From positions 62,001 to 126,000 of the forward strand of contig JALMLS010000210.1 of assembly GCA_038496445.1 (NCBI GenBank): a DNA stretch of 64,000 nucleotides. The letters run 5' to 3'. The notes below the pieces were generated by a model. It was not told where the DNA came from. It searched no databases and saw nothing but the letters and a program-made list of their open reading frames with translations. The translations under genes were made by a program, and so were the position numbers. Positions within the stretch are counted from its first letter, which is position 1. Each line of letters starts with the position of its first letter. This document shows, in pieces, positions 1 through 11,567 of the stretch. This stretch comes from Trichosphaerium sp. ATCC 40318. Lineage: Eukaryota; Protista; Tubulinea.

Positions 1-2
1 CA

Positions 3-794
3 ACACAATTAGTATGTCAAGAGTATTGGTTAAGTGGTAAGCTCAATGGAGAACGTACCAACTGGAACGGTAGAATAATGCTTAACCAAGGTCATTACGT
101 CAATAATGCACAGGAGGGGGAGTACAAGGAGTGGTATTCACACAATGGAAAATTAAAGAAAAAGTGTTTTTATACCAACGGTCATCTTGAAGGAGAGTTC
201 AAAACGTGGTATGACAATGGCCAATTAAGCGAGCAGCATACTAGTGTAAATGGTAAACTAGAAGGAGAATACAAACAATGGCATCATTCAGGACAACTGA
301 GCACACTATGTTATTTTGTTAATAATTTGTGCGAAGGAGAGCACACAATGTGGTATTATAGTGGTCAAGAACAGGCACTGGGCAAATTTCTAAAAGGCAA
401 ACGTGTAGGAGAACATAACCATTGGCATTCTAATGGTCAATTGAAAACTAAAGAAACGTTTGTTAATGGAGTTCATGAAGGATCATACACAAGCTGGCTT
501 GATAATGGAAATATGGAAAGACAGTGCAAATACGTAAAGGGTCATGTTGAAGGAGAAGAGAAGACATGGTATATGAACGGTAACTTAAGGAGTGTTAATC
601 ACTTCGTACATGGTAGAAAAGTAGGAGAGAGCCAAGAATGGTATGAGAACGGTGTATTAGAGAAACAATATCACAGCGTCAACGGTAAATTGGACGGAGA
701 GTTCAAGACGTGGTACAGAGATGGCATTTTGGCGACTCATACTGTTTATGCAAATGGTACAGACATTGGACATAAGCAAGGCATATTAAACTAA
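3..794 (+). CDS. MORN-variant (MORN_2/YwqK-like) repeat protein, 5'-truncated by the window edge
   Basis: Frame is open from base 3. About 24-aa repeats of the type GxxEGExKxWYxNGQL; no introns in the visible part. Confidence 0.85.
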   Translation, partial: TQLVCQEYWLSGKLNGERTNWNGRIMLNQGHYVNNAQEGEYKEWYSHNGKLKKKCFYTNGHLEGEFKTWYDNGQLSEQHTSVNGKLEGEYKQWHHSGQLSTLCYFVNNLCEGEHTMWYYSGQEQALGKFLKGKRVGEHNHWHSNGQLKTKETFVNGVHEGSYTSWLDNGNMERQCKYVKGHVEGEEKTWYMNGNLRSVNHFVHGRKVGESQEWYENGVLEKQYHSVNGKLDGEFKTWYRDGILATHTVYANGTDIGHKQGILN

Positions 795-1179
795 CTCACG
801 CTAGCTCATCTTTCTAAACTGTTAAAGCTCTAAATTAGTATGTACATTTAGAAGCAAAGACAGATTTGGTAAATCATTGTAACTCACATGCTACAATAGA
901 ATTGTTAGTTTGATATTTCTTACTGTTGTCACAGAGAAAATAAGTTTGTGCGTGGATATTTTCTTATGTTCACATTAGTGGCTTTGTAAGGCAATATAGG
1001 GTCATCTGGATTGCCTTAGTCAATAAAGTGTTCAACTACCATTTGAACTTATCAAGAGAATAGCTAACACTCAACTAATTGTTGTCTTATAGTAGTCAAA
1101 TTGGGAAGTGTGTAATAACAATAGGCAGTTTTATGTACAGCTGGTAAGTTATTTTACTTTGGTTTTGTAAGCAACTTAA

Positions 1180-2474
1180 TTACACTTTATCAGAATAGTT
1201 ATCGTACGTTGTATTTATCTCCTTCTTTAGCTCTTTATTCGGTCTTCCAAGTATAAATAGAATAATACCTGTAGGTAATATCTCCAGAAAGTAAAAATAT
1301 ATAAATGCACCAACTGAGTTTGATAAAGGGTTTGTAGTAAAGTATCTATCAATAACAACATTAAGTGATCGTCCAACAAACAACACTGTGAATATAATTG
1401 CCAATGTTGTCATCTAGAGTATGTCAAAATATCAATTAAAACAAAATAAGCAAGAAAAGAGAAAAGCTGTTAGAGAGGTTTGAACTAGAACCATCTGACA
1501 CAATGAGCAACAGCTGAAAAAGTAGCTTTTTTTGAATATTTAAGCTATTGTTGTTGCAAAGATCTCGGTTTAGCTGCGTACCTTTCTTGAAATAGCAGTT
1601 GTTGATACAGTCCTTACTTTCTTGTGTAGTTTGATATACAGTAATGTTCCAACTACTCCAAATACAATAGCAGTAAACAGATTTAATAATGACGTAAAGC
1701 CTTCCTAAAATTTTACTAATAAGTGTAATTGAGATCACGTGATTCTTCTTTCGTACCTCTATATTCTTTAACAACAATAACGTCTTTATACTTGTTACTT
1801 TAAGAAGAATAACAGCAACCAATGCTCCCCATATAGTGTACATGATGTAGTTAACGAGAATGTAATAAAACCTCAGATCAGATATAAACTGTTTCCCATT
1901 CCTCAGTGGACAAGCGTAAACCATTATCCAACAAAACTGTTAGCAACTTTTTTTTTTTTTGAACTTACCAAAAGAGCACCAATAAAACCTAGAAAATATG
2001 TCAGTATTGTAATCCTACACTGCCAAACGTACATAAGACGAGAAGTATACCATATCAGGTATACCACTAACGAAAAAAGCTGCGCTATCACCGCTTTGGT
2101 CTTTGTCGTAAACAGAAATATCCACATCGTGGTCAAATGCTATTAAAAACACTGTACGCGCTAAAAAAATCACGTGATTAATTTTCTTTTGTTTCTAACG
2201 CGTAATATTTGATAACGTACCAATGAGGGCCAAAGGCATCAAAACTACAACAGAAGTAAGACGAAAAAGAGCAAAAGAAAAGTTTCAACAAAAAAGACAA
2301 CGTACGCAAAATAACTTTGGGTATAGCAAAGCCTGGTTTACAGCGTCTCCATACTATAACGAGTACCACCAGAGAAATTAGCGTTAAAAGTATGTAAACT
2401 GCTGCTGTTATGTAAATAAATATTATCAAAACGCTGTCATCTACTCCTGGTAAATCAACAGGGGCGTCTGTCAT
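1180..2474 (-). CDS. Multi-exon polytopic membrane protein, THH1/TOM1/TOM3 (GPR137-like 7TM) family
   Basis: Several hydrophobic helices spread over ORFs 2178-2537, 1924-2136, 1436-1924 and 1180-1413. C-terminal YFYFLEILPTGIILFIL motif; ATG at 2474. Confidence 0.6.
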
Positions 2475-2766
2475 TATTGTGGTAACAACCCGAAAGTGAT
2501 CTTTCAAAAAAAAAAAAGTCAAAAACTGTATCGGCAACTCAAAGCTTGTGGCTGGATGACATTAGTAAGATAAACTATGTTGGTGTATGATTGTCGGTCA
2601 CGGTGGAGTTGCACACTGTAAGTGGAATTTTGTAGACAGCAAACAATCAGGTGAATATGAACATGTTGTACATATTTTATAGTATACATTCATACTACTA
2701 ATGTGCTACAAAGGGAGCTTGTGGGTATGTTTAAATGGAGAATATGTGATGTTGTCTTGTAGTATT

Positions 2767-3570
2767 TTACAGAATCTTCGTGCTAGACATTGTATTAAAC
2801 ATGTCCATTAGGCCGTCTTTCATACACAGTAAACAAGTTCCATCTCGAGTTAAAAATGCTTGTTGAAAAGTCTTGGACTGAAAAGCGTTAATCGGAGCAT
2901 CATAGTCTTTAGGCCACTGTTGGTCCGTGGCCACTAGCTCCACTTTACTGTTTGTCACTTTTCTGATACTGATCCATCTCCTCAACCCTTCTGTAATGAA
3001 AATAGCTCCATTTACTTTCAATCCCTGTATCTCAAACTCTAAGAGGCACTTCTTGAGCTGTTCAATCACCACATCCGGTACACCTTGACGTCCAGATTGA
3101 AAAATGCAACCTTCTTCGAAAGTCCAAAAACATGGTGCCTCAGGATCAACTGGAGTTTGAAGCTTCCCACTTGTTTGAAACTCCACTGTTGAGGCTAGTT
3201 TTATGGGGTCTCTACCACGTACAGCATACTCAAGCTTCCAGCTGTATGCGCCATCTTCTGGGCCATCACCGTCAATGTTATCATATATTTTGTAATGCAC
3301 ATAGTACTTGGACTGTTTACAAAAGTTTTTCCAAAATACCTCGTAGTGACTCACGTTGTACCATCTTTTACACACTGAAGAAATACGACAGAGGTTTAAA
3401 GGTCCCAGGAGAGTGAATATGGCAAGGAGTTCATCATCTGAGGGTTCGGAGTGGTTTTCCGCCTTAGTTGTTTCGAAAAAAAGTTGTTTTGGCTCCCAGG
3501 GATGTGTTTTTGTCAGGTGTGTTGCTGGAGTGACGACAAGGTTTCCAATGTAGTGAAAGTAGTTGCCCAT
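2767..3570 (-). CDS. Intronless F-box protein with MG N-terminus
   Basis: SDDELLAIFTLLGPLNLCRISSVCKRWYNVSHYEVFWK is an F-box signature. Confidence 0.8.
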   Translation of the reverse strand: MGNYFHYIGNLVVTPATHLTKTHPWEPKQLFFETTKAENHSEPSDDELLAIFTLLGPLNLCRISSVCKRWYNVSHYEVFWKNFCKQSKYYVHYKIYDNIDGDGPEDGAYSWKLEYAVRGRDPIKLASTVEFQTSGKLQTPVDPEAPCFWTFEEGCIFQSGRQGVPDVVIEQLKKCLLEFEIQGLKVNGAIFITEGLRRWISIRKVTNSKVELVATDQQWPKDYDAPINAFQSKTFQQAFLTRDGTCLLCMKDGLMDMFNTMSSTKIL

Positions 3571-4829
3571 GAGGAAGACGTGATGCGAGTGTTTGTAAAA
3601 ACAAATTTTCTGTTGTTTTGGTGTTACACAACTGTATTCTGTGAACTTAAGACGTTACAGCTTCTCTGAAAATGATGTATACAGAAGCAGGAACGTGTCA
3701 GTTAACTTTTGCTCACAGGGTATTTTTTTAACTTTCACGTTTTATTTGTACCCGTGTTGGCTAGTGTACCTTGTCATGAGGGCAACGAATCGCTATTTTT
3801 TTGAGAAACATAAAATAATTAATCTGCATCGAAGAAAACTTGATACCCCTTGTTGATACAGTTGGAGCAACAGAGATATTTCAACAACTGAAGCCAGCTG
3901 CCTTCATTGAATGTTGTTTAGTCTCAGTTTTTTCTTGTTTTAAAGAGTATGGTTGACCTCGAATGGCGGGTAGTGCAACACCATGTAGATCATTGCAACG
4001 AGGAGTTGTTAAACAGGCAAGCCTGCAACGGTTCCAAGAAGCCCAAAATAAAAAATTAGCATAAACGGTTTCGTGCTTCCCATAGGAATAACACCAACAG
4101 CGTTTAAACTGCTGAGAACAGATACTACACTTGATCTTAGCCAAAAGGCCGAGAAGAGGTTGATTAAATAGATGTGAAACAGAGTTGTACATTAGAGAAT
4201 GAACAACTTTTTTTGTGGGATGTTAAAAGATAAGACATCGAATTGCATAAAATGTTAATGCATGCAGAAATACTTCTATGTGTAAACGCAGCGTACACTG
4301 GCTTTTTTCCTTTGCATCATCACATGACTTTCTCCATGAAATCTCTTTGAAAACCGCTTAATCGATTAAGGTAACCTCTTTTTCACTTTATTCTCACAAT
4401 TTCTAATGTACAGCGGTTTTTTCGATATAAATCACGTGTATTCTCTCACCCATAAATTACCCACACCAAGTAATTTAAGGGATGCACATTGAGAAGTCAT
4501 CGCAGTAAACAAACATAAAGTGATACTGAAGCGCTATTTACAAGTTTTACAGTTACATTAGTGATGCATCGTTCCGAGAAAAGCTGAACTTGTTTAACAA
4601 TTTGGCGCTCCTAGTATTTAAAGTACACAACTTCATCAAACGTGTTCATACGAAAGGGCACGTTTGCTTGAATTGGTGCTATTTCTGCTTCTTTTGTAAT
4701 GACGTGCCATTCTGCTGTTGTTGGCGATCGTTCTAGAGGTGTTGAACCCTATTGCGTTAGCTTCTTTGTGTTTTGTTTTCGCCCATTTGAAGATTCATTG
4801 TCTTCGAATACTATTTAAGAACCTTTTAA

Positions 4830-5603
4830 TATTGTCTGTTTCATTCAAGTTTTGAGACAGACTGACTTTTAGCAAAAAAAATCCAGTTTCTGCTCGATCT
4901 GTCAGATCTGACGGATTTGACACTTCTGACAGATCTTGCAAATTGTCATTTTTTTAAATGTGATCTACCCTCACGCCTGTCCAGTGAATCCAACCGTTTC
5001 AAACCCACGTGATTTAACAAACCCCTGAGAGCAAACTTTTTTATTTACATATTTGACACCTAGCGGCGTTTACAAAGCCTATAGCAACGCTGGTGGTGTT
5101 TTGGGGCTGTTTTGACGTTGTTACACCTTCATTGCTGCTTGGATGCTACCATAGCGCTTCTGTTAGCGTGGGGTAGGCGCTAGCGTAGCGCTAGTAAGTT
5201 ATACACGTACGTTGATTTTTTGAAGCAAAACATACAGCAAACAGTGTTTGAGGCATTCATACTGTGTTTGGCGGTAATGCGATAGCTTTGTAGGACATCA
5301 TACCTTTTTAATTCGCTTTTAGCGCATTGAACACCTCTGTGGTTTGATCGTACCGTGTACAGTTGGCGTAGGTAAAATACTGCGATCACCTTCCATGGTC
5401 TGTTGAAACTTACATTGAAAATTTTGCTATCACTTACCGTAAGGTACCTAAGTCATACAATGAAGGACAACATTATAACACAAATAGTTCACATTGTGAT
5501 AGATCTACACCATTTGACAGAAGTGTCAGATCTTGCTAGATCTGCTAAAAGTGTTAAAAACTCACTTTCTAGAAAATATTAAACTTGAATGAGGCAGACA
5601 ATA
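4830..5603. mobile_element. Non-autonomous TIR element (MITE), ~770 bp
   Basis: Left TATTGTCTGTTTCATTCAAGTTT vs reverse complement of right end TATTGTCTGCCTCATTCAAGTTT (21/23). Subterminal inverted TGACACTTCTG and AGATCT repeats. TSD reads as TA or AAT; no credible ORF. Confidence 0.75.
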
Positions 5604-5619
5604 ATGTAATAAATAATTA

Positions 5620-6285
5620 CCAATACATTTCTGTCCTAATAACCAGCCACATCTAGAGCTCTGTACAACATTGCGTGTTGAAAACAGCAGAAAAGTTGAC
5701 ATTGAAGTCAAGAATTGAGTAGTAATGAAAATATGAGTTTGCTTTAGTCAATGTACTGGTATCATCATCTAAGTATGCTCCTTTTATCATATGAGAAGTG
5801 AATAACAGCCGTAGGTACTCAAAACTAGAGTCCGTTGTGGCTAGAAAGAAAGTGTTAGTTCCATTCAAAAAGGTATATGTACCTTGAGTCGTCTTCAAAC
5901 AGCAGAAGTTGTTGGAATCTCTGATTCATTACCTGTGAAGTTAGTGAATGTCGTCCCCTTGGCGTTTATGGAACTGGTGGAATTATGTACACGCTTTTTG
6001 GATCGGAGTGATATGAATGGATCGTTGTGAGAGATGATGTATTGATGAACACTAAAATAAACGGTTTAATTTGCTTATTCACAAGAAAACTGTAAAGGCG
6101 AAACACGCAATAAATCGTTTGTTGTAGCTTTGAGAGCAAATAAAGCGCGATAAGCTTCACATACTGTTGACATGCTTCCAATATCGATGTAGACGCAAAA
6201 TTAGGTCGTGTACTAACCTGCCAAGCCAATATATCTTCAAGAATCTGTTTTTTCTTCACAAACAGCTAGTCTCAAGTGCATCAAA
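5620..6285 (-). pseudogene. Deleted, transposon-interrupted copy 1 of the F-box/G-alpha-like gene
   Basis: Matches the 3' end (about 11630-11820) and 5' part (about 13040-13450) of copy 2, joined across a ~1.2-kb deletion near 5890. Upstream homology resumes at about 11030, after the transposon. Confidence 0.8.
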
Positions 6286-6430
6286 GGAATTGACTCAGAT
6301 TATCGATAAAGTTTTCTATCGATAATTTTTTTGTCAGGTGACAGAGACGTCAAGTTTCCGGCTGTTTTACCGGCTCTAGAATGAGTGCCGGCCTTGTACT
6401 ACTGTACCTAATTCCGGCCATTTTGCCGGC
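6286..6430 (+). repeat. Left TIR and subterminal CCGG array
   Basis: Two ATCGAT palindromes in the TIR; CCGG at 6358, 6370, 6388, 6414 and 6426. Confidence 0.9.
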
Positions 6431-6480
6431 AGTAAATAAACAGTAAACAATAGATTATAAGAAAAACAGTGGCGTTTATT

Positions 6481-7971
6481 TCATTGTTCCTCATCATATT
6501 GTGGATGGAATTCGCTGTCTGAAGTTCCGTCACTGTCAACATACTGGTCTATGTCTTCAAGTTCTGTTTTGTCCCTGTCGTTCGCTCTAAGAGTACCACC
6601 ACGAGCAGCATGGAAATCAGCACTCTCTGATTCATACTTAGAGTAGTACGTTGATGTAGCTGGCGCTGTTGGGTCTACTCTATCCCATCGCTGTGTAGTT
6701 GGTTTCTTCAATCTCAAAGGTGAGCCATCGTATACATCTGCTGCAAATGACTCCCTTCTGTTGCCTTCATTATATTTTGGTGGACGACGAATGCTATCTA
6801 TAATAGCCGCATTACCACTTTCGGTGACAATTCTAGCATGATGTCTTGTATTCTGCTTTTTTTTTTTTTTTTCAGCTTGCTCTTTTCTTCGGGCCTTCCT
6901 TTGTTTTCTCTCATCTTCAATTTCTTTTTCTCTTGTCTTTACCCTACCAGCGAGTTTACGGTTATGCTTTTGTACACTCTTCAAGGAATTATTAATGGCA
7001 CCAAGCTCATCCATGCGTTTTTGTAGCTCTAGTTCAGTGGGCGGTAGTCCTTCAGGGTTTGCAACAGGCCTCTTACAAAAATCAAGAGTATCAGCCTGAT
7101 ACTTAGCAAACATAGCAATTCGTTGTCGTTTAGCTACAAAAACTCTGAGAAAGAATACAAAAAAAATGTACTTACGCCTATCGCTGGGGTTACACCGAGT
7201 CTTGGACATTTTGGAGATACATATTGATAAAAATCGATTGTACTGTGAGTATTTGAATTCCACATCCATAAGTATATCAGTTACACGCTCTGCTAATTTA
7301 TCGGCTTCTTGGTCTAAAAATAGGAGATCAACAAAAATTTATAAATTTTTACTTCATACTATTATTTGGTACGTCTCTCGCTAGTTGATGATTCAAGTGT
7401 TGCACAACAGTTGTATCATTAAAGACATTGTACGGTTCTGAAAAATCTGTGTGAGTTGGTGGACGTGTTGTTGTTTTCTTTTTTGGGAGTGGTGGAATTG
7501 CAGTTTTTGGTTCAGTTTGTTTTGCCGGTATACTTTTGGTTGGCGTGCTGTTGTTTGAGCGTGGACATGGTAACTGTGTGGAATTAGTTGTTGTACTTCG
7601 TAAGTGTACTTGCGTTGTGTTTGAGTCGATATGCACGAAAACGGTACTTCATTTGGGCATGACCAATTGGTACACACTGAAAGTACGCGGAAAAGTATAA
7701 CGCTATCTTACCCCAGAAACCTAATTTGTGTGTTAGGTGAGCCGCAACTTCTGTTAATACCTTTATTAATATCTTTAAGAGGTCCAGTGAGAGCAGCATG
7801 TATCCATCGATAGTGATGTTGTTTCAGCTTTTTTATATCTTCAGCAAGAGCGTTGTAGTTTACTGCTGGTGAACCATTTGACTGAACATCGTATTTACGA
7901 AAGATAGATTGAACAAGGTTACACAGTTCATCATCTGTTTGCTCTTTTGGTTCATCCTCAGGTTTTTCCAT
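6481..7971 (-). CDS. Transposon gene A: multi-exon hypothetical protein with a Cys motif, coiled coil and basic stretch
   Basis: ATG at 7971. ORFs 7708-7971, 7393-7677/7349-7636 and 6481-7269 can be joined through short GT-AG introns (e.g. KG-FW-VCTNWSCPNE). K/R/E-rich coiled coil. Exon structure approximate. Confidence 0.7.
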
Positions 7972-8045
7972 CGGAAATTTATAAATTTGGTGAACTCAAA
8001 GACAAATTAGGTAATCTAGTGCCCACGCTTTGTTCCATTTTTGCT

Positions 8046-8958
8046 ATGAACAAACTGTGGACACTAGATTACGTGTCCAATTGGAAGTGTCACGCACAAA
8101 CAGGAGTTCCTAAATGGGCACTAAAGCATGTCTATTACAAATACTTGGTAAAGACAAAGTATACTCAACGTGAAATGTATCTGGTATATAGATACATTCA
8201 TGCGTACCCAACTTGGCGTAGATTGGATGAAATTGGAGTAAAGTCACAGCCATATTTTCTTGAAAACTTGGTTCCGTTGATGCACTTGATGGGAGAAGTC
8301 CTAGATGAGATTATTTGGGAAGAACGTTTGTAAGTTCACAACACTTTGCAACTTTATAAATTTATTTTCTAGAAATCCCTTCAATCATGGGGAACACTTC
8401 CCATACAGAGTAACATGTATTGTAGATACATTACCTGTGCGCATAAACAAACCAAGCTTGTCCGCTATTCGCTCCCGATTTTATTCGGGTAAATATAAAG
8501 ACTGTGTTGTGAAAGTACTCCTCGGAGTTTCTTTTTTAGGCACTATCTTAGTCTTCTCTTCTCCTCATTTGGGTACGCTGTGGGACGGGTATATATGGAA
8601 TAATGCCATAGCAACACATCCAACCTTTGATTGGGAGGTATTTCTAGGTGACGGCGCCTTCAATGTGATTCCGGGCAACGAGCACTTTGTTCTACCCTAT
8701 TCAACTGGTAGGACAAGAATACCACTCACAAGGGCGCAAAATCGCTTTAACGCATTGATGCAAAACTATCGTGGACGTGTTGAGCATGTGAATGGGTATT
8801 TCGATAGACACGGAATGTTTAAGCAACGTTTTCGCGGAACATTGTACGTGTTGGAGTCGTGCTTGTATATTACAGCACATACATCCAACATAGTTCTAAA
8901 GCGGCGACTTAGATACAATCCTATTGGTCCCTGGCCTCACCACGAATGTGCACAATAA
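8046..8958 (+). CDS. DDE transposase (DDE_Tnp_4, Harbinger/IS5-like), ~289 aa, one intron at 8330-8372
   Basis: Splicing gives WEERL-NPFNHGEH in frame. Motifs CIVDT, FYSGKYK, LWDG, LGDGAF and FN..MQNYRGRVEHVNGYF provide an intact D-D-E triad. Confidence 0.92.
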
Positions 8959-8995
8959 ACAATGTGTTCACAAAAAATTGATAAATTTATTTATT

Positions 8996-10220
8996 TTAGT
9001 TTGTCATATTTACATCTGATGAAGTATTTGAGTAGGTTGTATTAACTACATACCTCATACTTTGTTTTCGTGCTTCTTCTTGGTGTTCTTGTCTTGCTTC
9101 TTCTCGTTGTTTACGTTCTTTCTGCTGTTGATACATTTGCATATTCATACGCTCAAATTCATCTGGTGTTTGGGGAAGTTGTGGTGGTGGTTGACCTTGC
9201 TGTTGCACTCTTTCCATCTCCGCAGCTTGTTTTTGAATAGCTATTTCCATTTCTGCTGCAAGTTGTCGCTCTTCTTTTTGCTTTGTCTCAGCTAAAGTGT
9301 TAAGCAAAAAAAGTGATAAATTGATAAATTTATCACAGCGAACTTACTTCTATGGTTGCTGTATTTAATAGCAAGTTCTCGTGTTGGTCCTGGTGATGAG
9401 TGTGCTAAACTGTGAGTAAGTATAATATTATACTGCTACATACAGTACCTCGATTATGCATTGACGGAACCTGTTTTTTAGCACTTCTTTTTATTGCAGT
9501 GTTTCCGTGCCGTATAAGTTTCTGTATCATTTCGTCTGTTTGAAGACACAAGATAGTAAGTAGTTGTGCTTCATACTTTTCTGCGTTTTCTTGTCCCGTT
9601 GTAAGCACTTTCTTGCATACTTGAAGATCGGCTTCAAGAATAACAGGTACATTTGGAGCTTCGGTGCACCCATCTGGTAGTATTGGCTCTGTTGCAAATG
9701 CTGCCATGCATCCTTTACGCCCACCTGGCCATGTCCAGTTGTCAAAGCGTTTTCCAAGGTACAATACAACTCGCTGAAAAAAGTCAATTTGAAGAAATTG
9801 ATAAATTTATGACGTACTGCATCAGAAGGTAGTACACATTTATCAACGTGGTACCGTACCAATCCACCTCGTAGCGATTTGGGCTTAAAGTACGCAATTG
9901 TAGTTGAACTACCCATACGAAACGCATAGCCTATGAACACGTTGACTCTAACACCGTCAACACGTAAAAATGCAATAAGATCTCCAGTATGGCATGCTTT
10001 TGGGTTTATTATATCAAACCAACTCTCAAAAGGTACGCTTGAATCAGCTTCTATTGGTTCTGTGGTAGTTTCCGCGTGACTTGACAGTTCTGGGTCGCTA
10101 ATCTATTGTGATAGCGTTAGAAATCGAAACTGTGAATTGTGAACGCACGAGATTAGCAGCAGACATGAACGCTGCCATATCTAAGGGGTTTTTGGATTCC
10201 AAGTCCGTTTGTTGTTCCAT
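8996..10220 (-). CDS. Transposon gene B: multi-exon hypothetical protein with Q/E-rich C-terminus
   Basis: ATG at 10220 (MEQQTDLESK). GT-AG introns join ORFs 9527-9940, 9405-9764 and 8996-9307; 3' end approximate. Confidence 0.7.
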
Positions 10221-10280
10221 TTGTGCTTGGTTATTGACTTTGGAAAGTCTAAGTTGGTAAACTGAGGTAAACAAACGAAA

Positions 10281-10843
10281 ATGGACCCATTATTTACGTG
10301 CACAACTCATCAAGAAAAGCTGCTATCTAAATTTCTGGGTAGTACCATTGCTTCCACTAAAAACGCACCAACTATTGCATCGTTAGTATGTAGCGGTATT
10401 ATAGAACGCTACCGAAAGATATACAATAATGAGGAAACTCGCAAAGCAGGTACTGTATTCATGAAAACTTTATAAATTTACTAAGTATAGTACCTAAACA
10501 CCTACTGCCACTACTTGCAAGCGGCTATGATGACAAAGGACAATCTTTGGCAAGCACCATTAAGCGAGGCAAAGCACCTTCTGATGGACTCATGACAATA
10601 CTACATGAGGCAGGGATAATACAACAGCTTGCTTTGGTAGAGATATCTGTCATAGCTGAAGATATCGAAGTGCTACCTATAGAACCCATTGGTTCTGAAG
10701 TTGAGAGTCGTGTAGTGGAACTAGAAAACCGACTCAGAAAGCTGGAGCTATACGCATTTGGTGCCAAGGGCGTCACATGGCTCAAAGAAGGACAAGGTGG
10801 TAAATTTGTACCCTCATCAACGTGGAAAAATAATGTTGAATAA
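10281..10843 (+). CDS. Transposon gene C: ~173-aa hypothetical protein, intron at 10450-10490
   Basis: Splicing joins ORFs 10281-10475 and 10547-10843 in frame (RKA-VPKHLLP); short coiled coil VESRVVELENRLRKLE. Confidence 0.75.
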
Positions 10844-10879
10844 AGGCATTTATTTACGCGCGTTTCTTTCAATTCCAAG

Positions 10880-11024
10880 GTGCCGGCAAAATAGCCGGTT
10901 TCTTGAGGTTCTATGATCCGGCTATATTACCGGCATAAAAAGTACAGCCGGCTTTCATTGATTTCCGTCACGTGAAAAAAAAAATTATCGATAGAACAGT
11001 TTATCGATAATCTGAGTCAATTCC
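10880..11024 (-). repeat. Right TIR and subterminal CCGG array
   Basis: Mirror of the left end; CCGG at 10883, 10895, 10918, 10930 and 10948. Confidence 0.9.
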
Positions 11025-11567
11025 AAAAACAAGATTGTCGATTTACTTCAATTTTAGTTTTCTCTCTTTCGGGTATTTGCGTCCCTTTGTAAATGCTTTA
11101 TCACGTGATAGGCTTTAGTGTAGATTATATCGCACGTGTTCCTGTTAAAACATAAGTTATACATTGTTTGGGCACCAATTAGAAGTTTTGCCTAGCAAAT
11201 TAAATGTTTATCAGACCTAGGACTAGCACAGTGTAACACTACTTCTTCCCCCAAGCTCAAGACAAGGGTGAGACCTGGCTTGGCAATTTTCTTGAGAAAG
11301 TAAGCCATCGACAGTGACCCACAGAAGAACATAGTTGCACGTTAAGTACTCGACTGCTATTGTACTTGGTACGTACTAATGCTTACCTTTTCGTCGCAGG
11401 TATATTGCTAGCATGGCGTCAATAGTAAATATGGGCTCTGCTGTTACAAACTTTTATAAACTTCTAGAAGTGCTGATCAATTTAAACGCTCAAGATGTCA
11501 AAATATGAGTAAGCATAAGTCTTTATTAATATTGGTTTTAACTTCGTAACAATTAATTCCATTTATC

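Larger units (their letters stand above)
6286..11024. mobile_element. Apparently autonomous PIF/Harbinger-ISL2EU (PHIS) type DNA transposon, 4739 bp, four genes
   Basis: TIRs of about 47 bp starting GGAATTGACTCAGATTATCGATAAA (2 mismatches), AAA on both flanks, five CCGG motifs per subterminal region, and a DDE_Tnp_4-type transposase inside. Confidence 0.93.

Noticed and set aside
3881-4192. 103-aa minus-strand ORF
   Set aside because: No motif and no coherent exon structure could be built.
987-4481. Isolated hairpins at about 987-1018 and 4448-4481
   Set aside because: Short, AT-rich and expected by chance; no Helitron termini or other context.
11200-11500. Intron-like segment and coding-looking fragment between the transposon and copy 2
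   Set aside because: Stops in all frames and no identifiable homology; at most a decayed remnant.
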